In this document: in pieces, positions 19,894 to 27,569 of the stretch | How positions within the stretch are numbered: the stretch's first letter is position 1 | Layout: every line of letters starts with the position of its first letter | Origin: an uncultured Bdellovibrio sp. | Lineage (GTDB): Bacteria; Bdellovibrionota; UBA1018 | Reading direction: 5' to 3' | Assembly: GCA_964490895.1 (NCBI GenBank) | Contig: CAZBEI010000118.1 | Span: forward strand, 482-64,481 | Length of the DNA: 64,000 nt | The notes under the pieces: model-generated | Seen by the model: the letters and a program-made list of their open reading frames with translations, nothing else | Told to the model about the DNA's origin: nothing | Database searches by the model: none | Translations under genes and position numbers: made by a program

Positions 19894-20234
19894 CTCCCCT
19901 CTCTACGATCTTTTAAGAGCTGCTCTAAAACCCCAGCAGGGCCACTCCCACAGGAGATGTTTTTTTTAAGTTCATCTATCACAGCCCGATTTAACACCCC
20001 TTTTCCGCGTGAGATCATCCCCTTTGTCTCTAATTGCTGCAAATAGACTTCTTCTTCATTGTATAAAAATTTTTCGATCGGAGTAATTTCTGCAATGGGT
20101 GTGTTTCGTTCAAAAACACGTACAGTTTCGCCTTTTTTTACAAGGACAAGAAATTCGCTGAGGTGATTTTTTAGTTCTGCTATATTGGCCTTTCTCATAT
20201 AGCTATGATAGCTATATTTAGAGCTCGAAGTCAA
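19890..20234 (-). CDS. Phd/YefM-family antitoxin
   Basis: The segment ANIAELKNHLSEFLVLVKKGETVRVFERNTPIAEITPIE is Phd/YefM-like. The true start is probably the internal Met at about 20198. Confidence 0.55.
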   Translation of the reverse strand: MTSSSKYSYHSYMRKANIAELKNHLSEFLVLVKKGETVRVFERNTPIAEITPIEKFLYNEEEVYLQQLETKGMISRGKGVLNRAVIDELKKNISCGSGPAGVLEQLLKDRREGR

Positions 20235-20280
20235 TGGGAATTTCAGTCAGTCTGGCTGGAGATGCTGTTCCTTTTGGTGT

Positions 20281-20411
20281 TTAAATTAGGCAATAACATT
20301 AGCAGCTTAAAACATCATTTGACGAAAACGGTGCATTTATTTATTATATAACGATAGTTCAAGTGCTTTATTGGGGGACGTATGAAGTCAGGGGTGCTAA
20401 AAATAATAAAC
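20281..20411 (+). repeat. partial, diverged copy of the ~170-bp promoter-plus-start repeat (copy A0)
   Basis: Carries TTGACG-N17-TATTAT and ATG AAG TCA GGG GTG CTA AAA ATA ATA AAC (MKSGVLKIIN), matching the start of the 793-aa gene at 22670. The reading frame is cut after 10 codons by the MITE. Confidence 0.6.
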
Positions 20412-20988
20412 GTGACTGTTCAGCCTCATTCTTCAGGCTCGGTGTAAAAACTACGGCGGCCATTCCGGTGTGGGCCAGTTATTTTGAAATAAAATATAAA
20501 GAAACTCTTGGATGTTTTTCTGAAAGTATCTTTTAATACCCACAAGATCTCTTCCCCACTCCACAATTCGAGACCAAGCGAGATCATCCCAAAAGCGTTT
20601 TAGGGCTGGCTGCCCCTTCTTTGCTCCTGTCATCACTCGGGCAATGAGGCCTGTTCTTTTCTCTGCTTCTTAAAGAAAGGAAAATGCATCTGTTTTTCTT
20701 GTTTTTTCATTCGCCTGTCCCGGTTGTGTTGTATAGGATACGAGCAATGTTATTTCAACCCTATTTTTTTATCCAATGGTCTAATTATTTTATTTTAAAA
20801 ACATAGTAATTTTTCATTTTGTAAACTTTTGCAAACATTTATAAACTTTTTCACAGCTTTTTATGCTGTGCGAACACACATGCACTTGTAAGGCCTGAAA
20901 ATATCTTTTTTTTATAAGTCCACCCCGGGGGCCACCGGGGGTCTATCGCTTTTTAAACCAAGCCTGCAGAATGAGGCTGAACAGTCAC
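20412..20988. mobile_element. non-autonomous MITE-like element with ~40-bp imperfect terminal inverted repeats
   Basis: Left end GTGACTGTTCAGCCTCATTCTTCAGGCTCGGTGTAAAAAC, right end ...AAACCAAGCCTGCAGAATGAGGCTGAACAGTCAC as its inverted complement. Length is 577 bp, the only internal ORF is a 61-aa one without motifs, and there is a GC-rich palindromic core (CCCCGGGGGCCACCGGGGG). Confidence 0.6.
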
Positions 20989-21014
20989 GGTTTTTTTTAT
21001 TATTTTCAAGCGCT

Positions 21015-21184
21015 GGGCTCTCAATCGATACCATGAAAGAGGTCGATGAAAAATTAAAACACGTTCTTGATCTTAACTAATTAAGCAATAAAATAAACAA
21101 CCTAGGAGGATTGTTGACTGACTTAAGTTAGTTATTTATTATATATAAATATAGTTCAGATATTTTATTGGGGAACGTATGAGA
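21015..21184 (+). repeat. ~170-bp direct repeat copy A1 (flanks ATPase paralog 2 on one side)
   Basis: About 90% identical to 22511..22680, including TTGACT-N17-TATTAT and an ATG. Here the ATG opens only a 9-codon ORF. Confidence 0.7.
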
Positions 21185-21204
21185 GATGGCTATGTGGCTT
21201 TTGG

Positions 21205-22386
21205 CTAACTCCAATAACTCCACGGCAAAAGACAGACTCCCTGTTTCGGAAGATGGACGGTATTGACAGGGGCGAGAAGAACAGCCCGTTTGACTCCAAG
21301 AGCCTTCATAGCGCCTGTCAAGCTGCGCGCATGGTACTCCATTTGAGAAGGGGCAATTGTTTCGCTCATGATTTTTATCGGTATGTTTTGCCAAACAAGA
21401 TCAATCACAGGACCATGAATGCTTTTATAATAATTTTTACGCATCACAAACCTTTGGTACTCATTAAAACAAAAGATCTCGTTTAATAAATAATGCCTAG
21501 CAATAGAGAGACTGACTTCTGGTCCAGTTTTTATTGGGGAAAGATGGAATGCTAGCCCAGAATCTCCAAACATCCAATGGTCATTACCCACTCCAGGTTC
21601 CTGGACAGTAAATCTCCTGAGAAAAAAAATATTTTCAAGTGCCTGAATGTAACGTTTTGCTTTTCGCTTGTCACCTCTCACATAACTCAAGGAGGGATAA
21701 TCAGCGTTAGGAAGAGCTTTGGCTAGCATCTGAATTAACGAAAAACAATAATCAGGATCAAACCCCTTTCCGTAAGCACGCGCTGCATCGCGGACAATTG
21801 TTGTGTCAAGCCAGTTATTCCAATATTCCTTGCACATATTCTCGTCGCGAATAAAGGCAGGAACTGGGAGACCTCCTGATCTCATTTGCACAGACAAATC
21901 TTCAAACTTAAATCGTGGTGTCGAGGGAGACAGGAAGTGTGACTCATTTTTAATAGTTTTCTGAGATTGTTGATGGATTTCACCAAAACACATGGGGTAA
22001 AGATGCAACAAGCCAATTCTACCAGTTAATGATTCTCGAACACCTATTTTTTGTGAAAACGCAACTGATCCGGTCAAAAACCACTGGCCAGGGATTTTTT
22101 TTCTGTCTACCAGTGATTTAATCGAATCAAATAATAGGGGTGCTTTTTGAACTTCATCAAGTACGGTAGGGGATCCCTGGTGTCTACTTAGAAAAACGCG
22201 AGGTGCGGCTAGGGCTTCAGCTCTCATTTCTTCGTCATCAAAACTGAGATAGTTTTTAATCCCAATGCGATCTCTCAGCAAAGTAGATTTGCCAACCTGT
22301 CTCATCCCGAGTACTCCAACAATTGGCCAGAAACTAGCCATTTTTTTTATTTTTACCTCACTAAAACGAGGTCTTTGGTGTGGCAT
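21205..22386 (-). CDS. AAA+ ATPase with DUF4143-like domain, COG1373 family, paralog 2 (nuclease-like motif degenerate)
   Basis: 393 aa with P-loop GMRQVGKSTLL and Walker B TVLDEVQ. The C-terminal region VIDLVWQNIPIKIMSE lacks the E-x-K seen in the other three paralogs. Confidence 0.65.
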   Translation of the reverse strand: MPHQRPRFSEVKIKKMASFWPIVGVLGMRQVGKSTLLRDRIGIKNYLSFDDEEMRAEALAAPRVFLSRHQGSPTVLDEVQKAPLLFDSIKSLVDRKKIPGQWFLTGSVAFSQKIGVRESLTGRIGLLHLYPMCFGEIHQQSQKTIKNESHFLSPSTPRFKFEDLSVQMRSGGLPVPAFIRDENMCKEYWNNWLDTTIVRDAARAYGKGFDPDYCFSLIQMLAKALPNADYPSLSYVRGDKRKAKRYIQALENIFFLRRFTVQEPGVGNDHWMFGDSGLAFHLSPIKTGPEVSLSIARHYLLNEIFCFNEYQRFVMRKNYYKSIHGPVIDLVWQNIPIKIMSETIAPSQMEYHARSLTGAMKALGVKRAVLLAPVNTVHLPKQGVCLLPWSYWS

Positions 22387-22510
22387 AAGTAATATAAATA
22401 ATATGCACTGAGTTGAAAAAAAATGATAGCACTTTTTTAGACAATCACTCGGTTACACACCAGGGCTATTTATGCTTTAGAAAAGGCCCTTCTAAAAAAC
22501 CACATCATGC

Positions 22511-22680
22511 AGCTCTCAATCGATACCATGAAAGAGGTCGATGAAAAATTAAAACACGTTCTTGATCTTAACTAATTAGGCAATAAAATAAACAGCTTAG
22601 GAGGATTGTTGACTAATTTAAATTAGCTATTTATTATATATATAGTTCAGATATTTTATTGGGGGACGTATGAAATCAGG
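22511..22680 (+). repeat. ~170-bp direct repeat copy A2 (promoter, RBS and start of the fibrinogen-domain gene)
   Basis: Direct repeat of 21015..21184. It lies between the divergently oriented ATPase paralog 2 and the 793-aa gene. Confidence 0.7.
22609..22637 (+). promoter_or_regulatory. sigma-70-like promoter of the 793-aa gene
   Basis: TTGACT-17 nt-TATTAT about 30 nt upstream of the GGGGGA RBS and the ATG at 22670. The same architecture occurs in copies A1 (21114..21142) and A0. Confidence 0.5.
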
Positions 22681-25051
22681 GGCATTAAAAATAATAAATA
22701 TAATGACCAGAAACCACCGTGGGAATACCCTCATGCTTGCCCTCCTGTTTACGGGCGCAGCAAGCGTGATTGGCTTAGGTATATTGGCCGCTATTGAAAC
22801 AGGACGCAAGCAGCAGGGAATCCGGATTGAAGAGAGTAACCCAGCGGCATTTCTTTCCTTACTGACGGGTAAGACTATTGAGGACATTTCTAAAAATTAT
22901 TACTGCCCTCAAAAAAGCACCAATGAAACTATCACTTTTACTCAATTTTTTGATAAGCTGAGAACAGACGGAAAACTCAACTCTAGAGGCCATCTGTCTA
23001 TTCCTCTTTTAGGCAAGTCAGAATATCTCATTAAAACTCCCAATGGAGTAGTGAGATCAGAAATAGATCCAGCATCAGAGGTTGCACTAATAGGAGCTGG
23101 AACACCCAATGAGCAGCTGGTGATACAAATTACGGTATCACTCTGCAGGTATGCACAAGCTGCAGGAGTTGCATGTCCTCCTGCACTTATTCTCCCCTCA
23201 ACTGTTTATAAAGCTTATATTAATAACACGAAAATACTGGAGCCATGTGGGAGCGCATTGCCTACTCCAACTCCATTTCCTGCTTCTTTTGTATTTATTG
23301 ATTCTGCAACAAATCTGCCTGCGCAAAAAGACGGCGCAAATCATATCTTAGAAGTTGGGGAAAGATATTTTGTTTTAGCTTCGATTGGGAAACCACCAGG
23401 CACAAGTGTAAATTATATTGTGAATTTTTCTCCAAGCAGTGGACCCTACTTTCAGCTCACATCCACTGGAGCAACAGCTCTCGTAGATGCAAGCGGAAAA
23501 TTCAGAACTACAGATCTCCATTTTAATAGAAACGCAAATCCTAACCTCAATGTTCCTCCGGGTCCTTATATTGCAAGTGTTGGAATCGGGACAGACCCCG
23601 TCCTCACAACCCCTGTGGTCGTAGTTCAGCCTGCCTGTGTTAACACAAGAAAACCACAATCTTGTTTGCATCTATTAGAATTAGATCAGAGCAAAAAAAA
23701 TCAGGATGGAATTTATACTATCGACCCAAACCAAGATGGAAAAAATCTACCAGTTTATTGTGACATGACAACAGATGGAGGGGGGTGGACACTTTTTGCA
23801 AATAATAACAGTCCAGGTTTTCCTGGAGGATGTCTGAGTGGTTTAAACCCCACTTTAGCTCTTGGAACCGATAAACGGACTGTTAACGCTCTGGCCTCAA
23901 AACCACCAAACAGTGTTGCAAGAATGGTCATAAATGGAAGTGCATCTAACGGCCAACCCTTTTCCTTTGATGTAAAACAAAGTGGTCTAACAGGCGCATT
24001 TCAGCCCAATATGGGGTGCAATATACCTAGCGAAGGTAATGCTCTTTACCAAATTCCTAACTTTACTCAGGTTATTTCGCAATCAAATGCTCAGGTTAGT
24101 TCTGGAAGTAATCCACTGGGAGTGCGAGTGGACTCCGGGGGTACTGCCGATTTTCAAATTCTTGGAGGTAAAGGAATAAGAATTGGAACGGGATTTCCAC
24201 CCGTACTTCCCCCCCGAAAAGCAACGGGAATTCTTTGGATGCCACAGAGTAACCAAGCGCTTCCATATGCAAATCAAATGAATATCCGATGGTTATGTTA
24301 TAGCCCTCAAAATCTATGTCCGACACTCCATCCTGATACTGGAAATAGAGTGACTTCGATGCAGCTTTTTTACAGAGAAGATGTGGCTGATTTACCCGAG
24401 GATCCATGTATTCCTCCCGGAGCAGTTTTGTGTGAGCTAGCTCACGGAGGACCCGGCTCTCCTGGTGGGAGTGTTGCCTGTCCAGGCAGGAAGAAAATCT
24501 TAGGCGGTGGATTTAGATATTCGAGTGATGGGACTTTTCCGTATCAAAATGGTTGGGGAGCAACTGGTTACACAAGTGGAATACCCCGTGAAGCTTTTGC
24601 TATTTGCTGTAACCATGTGGGATCTCTTGATTTGAAGTCTGGACGACAGGTAAGCAATCTCTATCATAATGTAGCTTTTGCACCCATTCAGTGCGAAAGC
24701 GATGAAATCGCTGCGAGCGCAGGGGGGATTAGTTCTTCTGGTGGATCTGTGTCTTGCTCTCCTGATATGAACAATATTTCGAAATTTAATTGTAATATGG
24801 TAGCAATTCCAAACGACCTTTTTCTGTATGCGATGTGCTATAAGAAGCCTCCAATTCCGTCTAAATTTGAATGGATTAAATCTTCTGGTTCTGTTGCTAC
24901 ATGTAAATCAGGAACTAAACTTATTTCTGGCGGGTTTTCTTGCAGTACAGGAGTTTTTGGTGTTGGCTATGCTATTCCAAACTTAATCAACAACACCTAT
25001 TCCGTAAGCTGTGCTGGATCAACATATGCACTCTGTGTGGACGAAAATTAA
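22670..25051 (+). CDS. large secreted/anchored protein with a fibrinogen-related domain and duplicated Cys-rich C-terminal modules, probable adhesin/lectin
   Basis: 793 aa with a hydrophobic N-terminal anchor or signal. DGIYTIDPNQDGKNLPVYCDMTTDGGGWTLFANNN matches the fibrinogen C-terminal domain hallmark (VYCDM-TDGGGWTV). Two C-terminal repeats follow the pattern C.G.K.L.GGF...C. Confidence 0.7.
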   Translation: MKSGALKIINIMTRNHRGNTLMLALLFTGAASVIGLGILAAIETGRKQQGIRIEESNPAAFLSLLTGKTIEDISKNYYCPQKSTNETITFTQFFDKLRTDGKLNSRGHLSIPLLGKSEYLIKTPNGVVRSEIDPASEVALIGAGTPNEQLVIQITVSLCRYAQAAGVACPPALILPSTVYKAYINNTKILEPCGSALPTPTPFPASFVFIDSATNLPAQKDGANHILEVGERYFVLASIGKPPGTSVNYIVNFSPSSGPYFQLTSTGATALVDASGKFRTTDLHFNRNANPNLNVPPGPYIASVGIGTDPVLTTPVVVVQPACVNTRKPQSCLHLLELDQSKKNQDGIYTIDPNQDGKNLPVYCDMTTDGGGWTLFANNNSPGFPGGCLSGLNPTLALGTDKRTVNALASKPPNSVARMVINGSASNGQPFSFDVKQSGLTGAFQPNMGCNIPSEGNALYQIPNFTQVISQSNAQVSSGSNPLGVRVDSGGTADFQILGGKGIRIGTGFPPVLPPRKATGILWMPQSNQALPYANQMNIRWLCYSPQNLCPTLHPDTGNRVTSMQLFYREDVADLPEDPCIPPGAVLCELAHGGPGSPGGSVACPGRKKILGGGFRYSSDGTFPYQNGWGATGYTSGIPREAFAICCNHVGSLDLKSGRQVSNLYHNVAFAPIQCESDEIAASAGGISSSGGSVSCSPDMNNISKFNCNMVAIPNDLFLYAMCYKKPPIPSKFEWIKSSGSVATCKSGTKLISGGFSCSTGVFGVGYAIPNLINNTYSVSCAGSTYALCVDEN

Positions 25052-25121
25052 TCATGTTACTAGGAGTAAAAGTTTGAAAGTTGTGTAGAGCCAGGTTTTT
25101 TTTAAAATAAGGAGCTTATAA

Positions 25122-25523
25122 ATGAAAAAATATAGTTTTAATAATAGACAGCTTGTCCTAGTTTATGCCATTTTTTTGATGCTCAATCTTTTTATTAACA
25201 GTTTTTCGTACAGTGATGTTTCTCAAGTTTCTAATGTAATACCGAATAATGACATTGTGGTCCTTTGTGCAAAGGATCAAACAATGACACCAACGAAGTG
25301 TTTAGAAAGCTCTAAGCCCAGTTATACACAAGTGGGGTGTCAGGATTTAGCAAATGGTTCTTGTTCGGAAGTCGACACCAATATAAAATGTTTTCTTAAA
25401 AGCAGTAATTGCAAAGCTGTTCAAGAAAACAATAGAACTTGTCCAAATGAGTTTAGACTTGTAGATGCAATTGAAAATGTAACAAAATATTCTGTCTTTG
25501 TTGAACTCTGTATTAAAAACTAA
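25122..25523 (+). CDS. small secreted cysteine-rich protein (10 Cys)
   Basis: 133 aa with a signal peptide, a good RBS (AGGAG) and tight linkage to the fibrinogen-domain gene. Confidence 0.5.
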   Translation: MKKYSFNNRQLVLVYAIFLMLNLFINSFSYSDVSQVSNVIPNNDIVVLCAKDQTMTPTKCLESSKPSYTQVGCQDLANGSCSEVDTNIKCFLKSSNCKAVQENNRTCPNEFRLVDAIENVTKYSVFVELCIKN

Positions 25524-25527
25524 TATG

Positions 25528-25558
25528 CCTACTCCATCCTCACCAAAGGCTCCGGAAA
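25528..25558. repeat. 30-bp direct repeat, copy 1 (CCTACTCCATCCTCACCAAAGGCTCCGGAAA)
   Basis: Matches 26867..26897 at 28 of 30 positions. On the minus strand it lies in frame immediately after the ATPase paralog 3 stop and would encode SKFPEPLVRME*. Confidence 0.7.
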
Positions 25559-25564
25559 CTTGCT

Positions 25565-26782
25565 CTATATAAGAGCCTGTAAAAATTTCCAAGCTGGCAG
25601 AACCCGTATCCCTCCATTTTTATAGTCGCCATCTGAGTTGAGAACAACCTGGTAGCTTTCTTTAATTTCTAGTCGTGTATTAAAATAGATAAGTTGTGGA
25701 GAAATTGCCGTATCACTCACTTTTGCCTCAACAGTGAACCAAGGTTTGCCGTCACAGAGAACCAAAAAATCTACCTCTCTTTTTTCTTTGTCTCTTAAGT
25801 AACAAAGCTCCATTTTATAGCCGGCATAATCAGTATAGAAATGGCAAAACTTCAAAAGATGGCTTGCGACGAGATTTTCAAAACGAGCGCCTGGATTAGA
25901 AATGATGGCCCAATCCCAAAGATACATTTTGGGTTCCTTTTTAAGAGAGCGGGTTTTTTTAACTGCAAAGGGTCTCATTCGATACAAAAAATAAAGTCTC
26001 TCTAATATGTCAATCCAATGTGAAATGGCTTTGTGCGAAGTGTCCAAATCCTCTCTTAAGGAATTAATTGACAGTGGGGAACCGGCTCGAGAGGGTAAAA
26101 TATCACATAACGTTTCAATCCCAGATAAGTCAGGAAGATTTTCTAGATCTCGAATGTCTTCTTTAAAAAAACGGTCTAATCTTTCATTCTGCCAACGCCT
26201 CAACTTACGTTGACTTTTCTTTAAAAAAGGCTCTGGAAAACCGCCAAACTCTATTAAGTCTGATAAAGTAGAAATGCTTTCATTTTTTTTACTTAAATCT
26301 TTCGGAATCTGTAGTGGAGCAAATGGTACTATTTCCTTTTCGCCCGGTAGAGAGAGCCCGAGAGCCTCTGCTAAAGTAAAAGGGTGCATCCGATAGAGGT
26401 GGTATCTTCCCTGCATAGAGTCTCCTCCTTTGCGATACACGTCTAATCTTGCGCTTCCTGTCACTAAAAATTTTCTATCGTCTAGGTGTTTATCATAAAT
26501 ACCTTTGACGAAATTTTTCCATTTTTTGTATTTGTGAATTTCGTCAAAAATGATGACCTCGGCATCTGACTTCCAAAGTGACTTTAGAATTCTTTTTCGG
26601 TCTTCTCTGTTGTCCCAATTCAAATAATCCACTTGACTTGGGGAGAACAAATTTTTTGAAAAAAAGGTTTTTCCAACTTGTCTAGGACCTGCTAAAAAGA
26701 CCATCTTTTCTTTTAAATCCTCTAAAACTGGCTTTGATAAATATCTTTCCAATGGGCAATGTCCTTTCTCAAGTAAGCTCAA
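25565..26782 (-). CDS. AAA+ ATPase fused to a DUF4143 (PD-(D/E)xK-like) domain, COG1373 family, paralog 3
   Basis: 405 aa with P-loop GPRQVGKTFF, Walker B IIFDEIH and C-terminal EVDFLVLCDGKPWFTVEAKVS (D...E-x-K). Confidence 0.7.
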   Translation of the reverse strand: MSLLEKGHCPLERYLSKPVLEDLKEKMVFLAGPRQVGKTFFSKNLFSPSQVDYLNWDNREDRKRILKSLWKSDAEVIIFDEIHKYKKWKNFVKGIYDKHLDDRKFLVTGSARLDVYRKGGDSMQGRYHLYRMHPFTLAEALGLSLPGEKEIVPFAPLQIPKDLSKKNESISTLSDLIEFGGFPEPFLKKSQRKLRRWQNERLDRFFKEDIRDLENLPDLSGIETLCDILPSRAGSPLSINSLREDLDTSHKAISHWIDILERLYFLYRMRPFAVKKTRSLKKEPKMYLWDWAIISNPGARFENLVASHLLKFCHFYTDYAGYKMELCYLRDKEKREVDFLVLCDGKPWFTVEAKVSDTAISPQLIYFNTRLEIKESYQVVLNSDGDYKNGGIRVLPAWKFLQALI

Positions 26783-26823
26783 AGATAGGATACGACTTTT
26801 TTAGCCTATAGGCAAAATTATTC

Positions 26824-26858
26824 ATGACTTTTTTATCTAGTTGGATAAAAAAGTCATA
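26824..26858. terminator. perfect 14-bp stem hairpin (ATGACTTTTTTATC-tagttgg-GATAAAAAAGTCAT), probable bidirectional terminator or cassette-end structure
   Basis: Perfect inverted repeat with T/A runs, located between the peptidase stop (26868) and the ATPase paralog 3 start (26782). Confidence 0.5.
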
Positions 26859-26866
26859 GTCTGACC

Positions 26867-26897
26867 CCTACTCCATCCTCACCAAGGGCCCCGGAAA
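26867..26897. repeat. 30-bp direct repeat, copy 2 (CCTACTCCATCCTCACCAAGGGCCCCGGAAA)
   Basis: Encodes the C-terminal FPGPLVRME* of the C39-like peptidase and is a direct repeat of 25528..25558. Confidence 0.7.
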
Positions 26898-27512
26898 GGC
26901 ACCGAGCCCTTTGGCTCCCTTTATAAACACTCCCAAATGAGAATACCTCCAGAGTTTTCCGTGCCGGTCTTCGTAATCATGCCAGCGCTCTAAAAATTCG
27001 TCTTGCGGCAGATAGACGTACCCATGTGGCAACGAAGGATCCATCGTATAAATATACGTTTCGTCCATGGCGATCAAGACGACATAATGGCCCTCCTCCC
27101 AGGTTTCGCTCCAAGGCTTTTGAGGCTTCGACTCATCCCGCCAAGCTTGCAATGCTAAGATCACGGTTTCGCCTCGCAAAAGTGCTAAGCGCAAATCCGA
27201 AAGCTCCAGATTTTCTTTCATCTCTGCTTTTAGCCCATAATGCTTGGCTCCACTCAGCAGTTTTTGTGGTTCCGTGCCATCTTTTTTAGTTGTTTTGAGG
27301 AGAGAGTAGAGTTTTGTCTCAGGCCCACTGTAAACTCCCCAGTAATTCAAAACTCCAAGCAGCGCAGCAGCTCCACAGCTGTATTCGCGAGCTTGTCTAG
27401 TGATCGGTACGGGCAAGTGGTTTTTTGGCAAGAGTGGTTCTTGTGTGCCCACTTGGGCAAAACTATTTTGAATTCCAAGTAAAACACCTAGAAGCAACGC
27501 TATTTTTATCAA
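26868..27512 (-). CDS. secreted papain-like cysteine peptidase, C39-like
   Basis: 214 aa with a signal peptide, catalytic-Cys context QAREYSCGAAALLGVLNYWG and His region EEGHYVVLIAMDE. Confidence 0.6.
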   Translation of the reverse strand: MIKIALLLGVLLGIQNSFAQVGTQEPLLPKNHLPVPITRQAREYSCGAAALLGVLNYWGVYSGPETKLYSLLKTTKKDGTEPQKLLSGAKHYGLKAEMKENLELSDLRLALLRGETVILALQAWRDESKPQKPWSETWEEGHYVVLIAMDETYIYTMDPSLPHGYVYLPQDEFLERWHDYEDRHGKLWRYSHLGVFIKGAKGLGAFPGPLVRME

Positions 27513-27569
27513 GCTTTACCCCTCCCACTAAAACCATAATGGGACATTCAAAAAATCTCCACAAAAAAA

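Noticed and set aside
20451-20636. 61-aa ORF inside the MITE
   Set aside because: No transposase or other motif. It is likely non-coding filler of a non-autonomous element.
20281-22680. CRISPR array suspicion because of repeated ~170-bp and TIR sequences
   Set aside because: The repeats are long (170 bp, or 40-bp inverted), few in number and not regularly spaced with unique spacers, and no cas genes are present.
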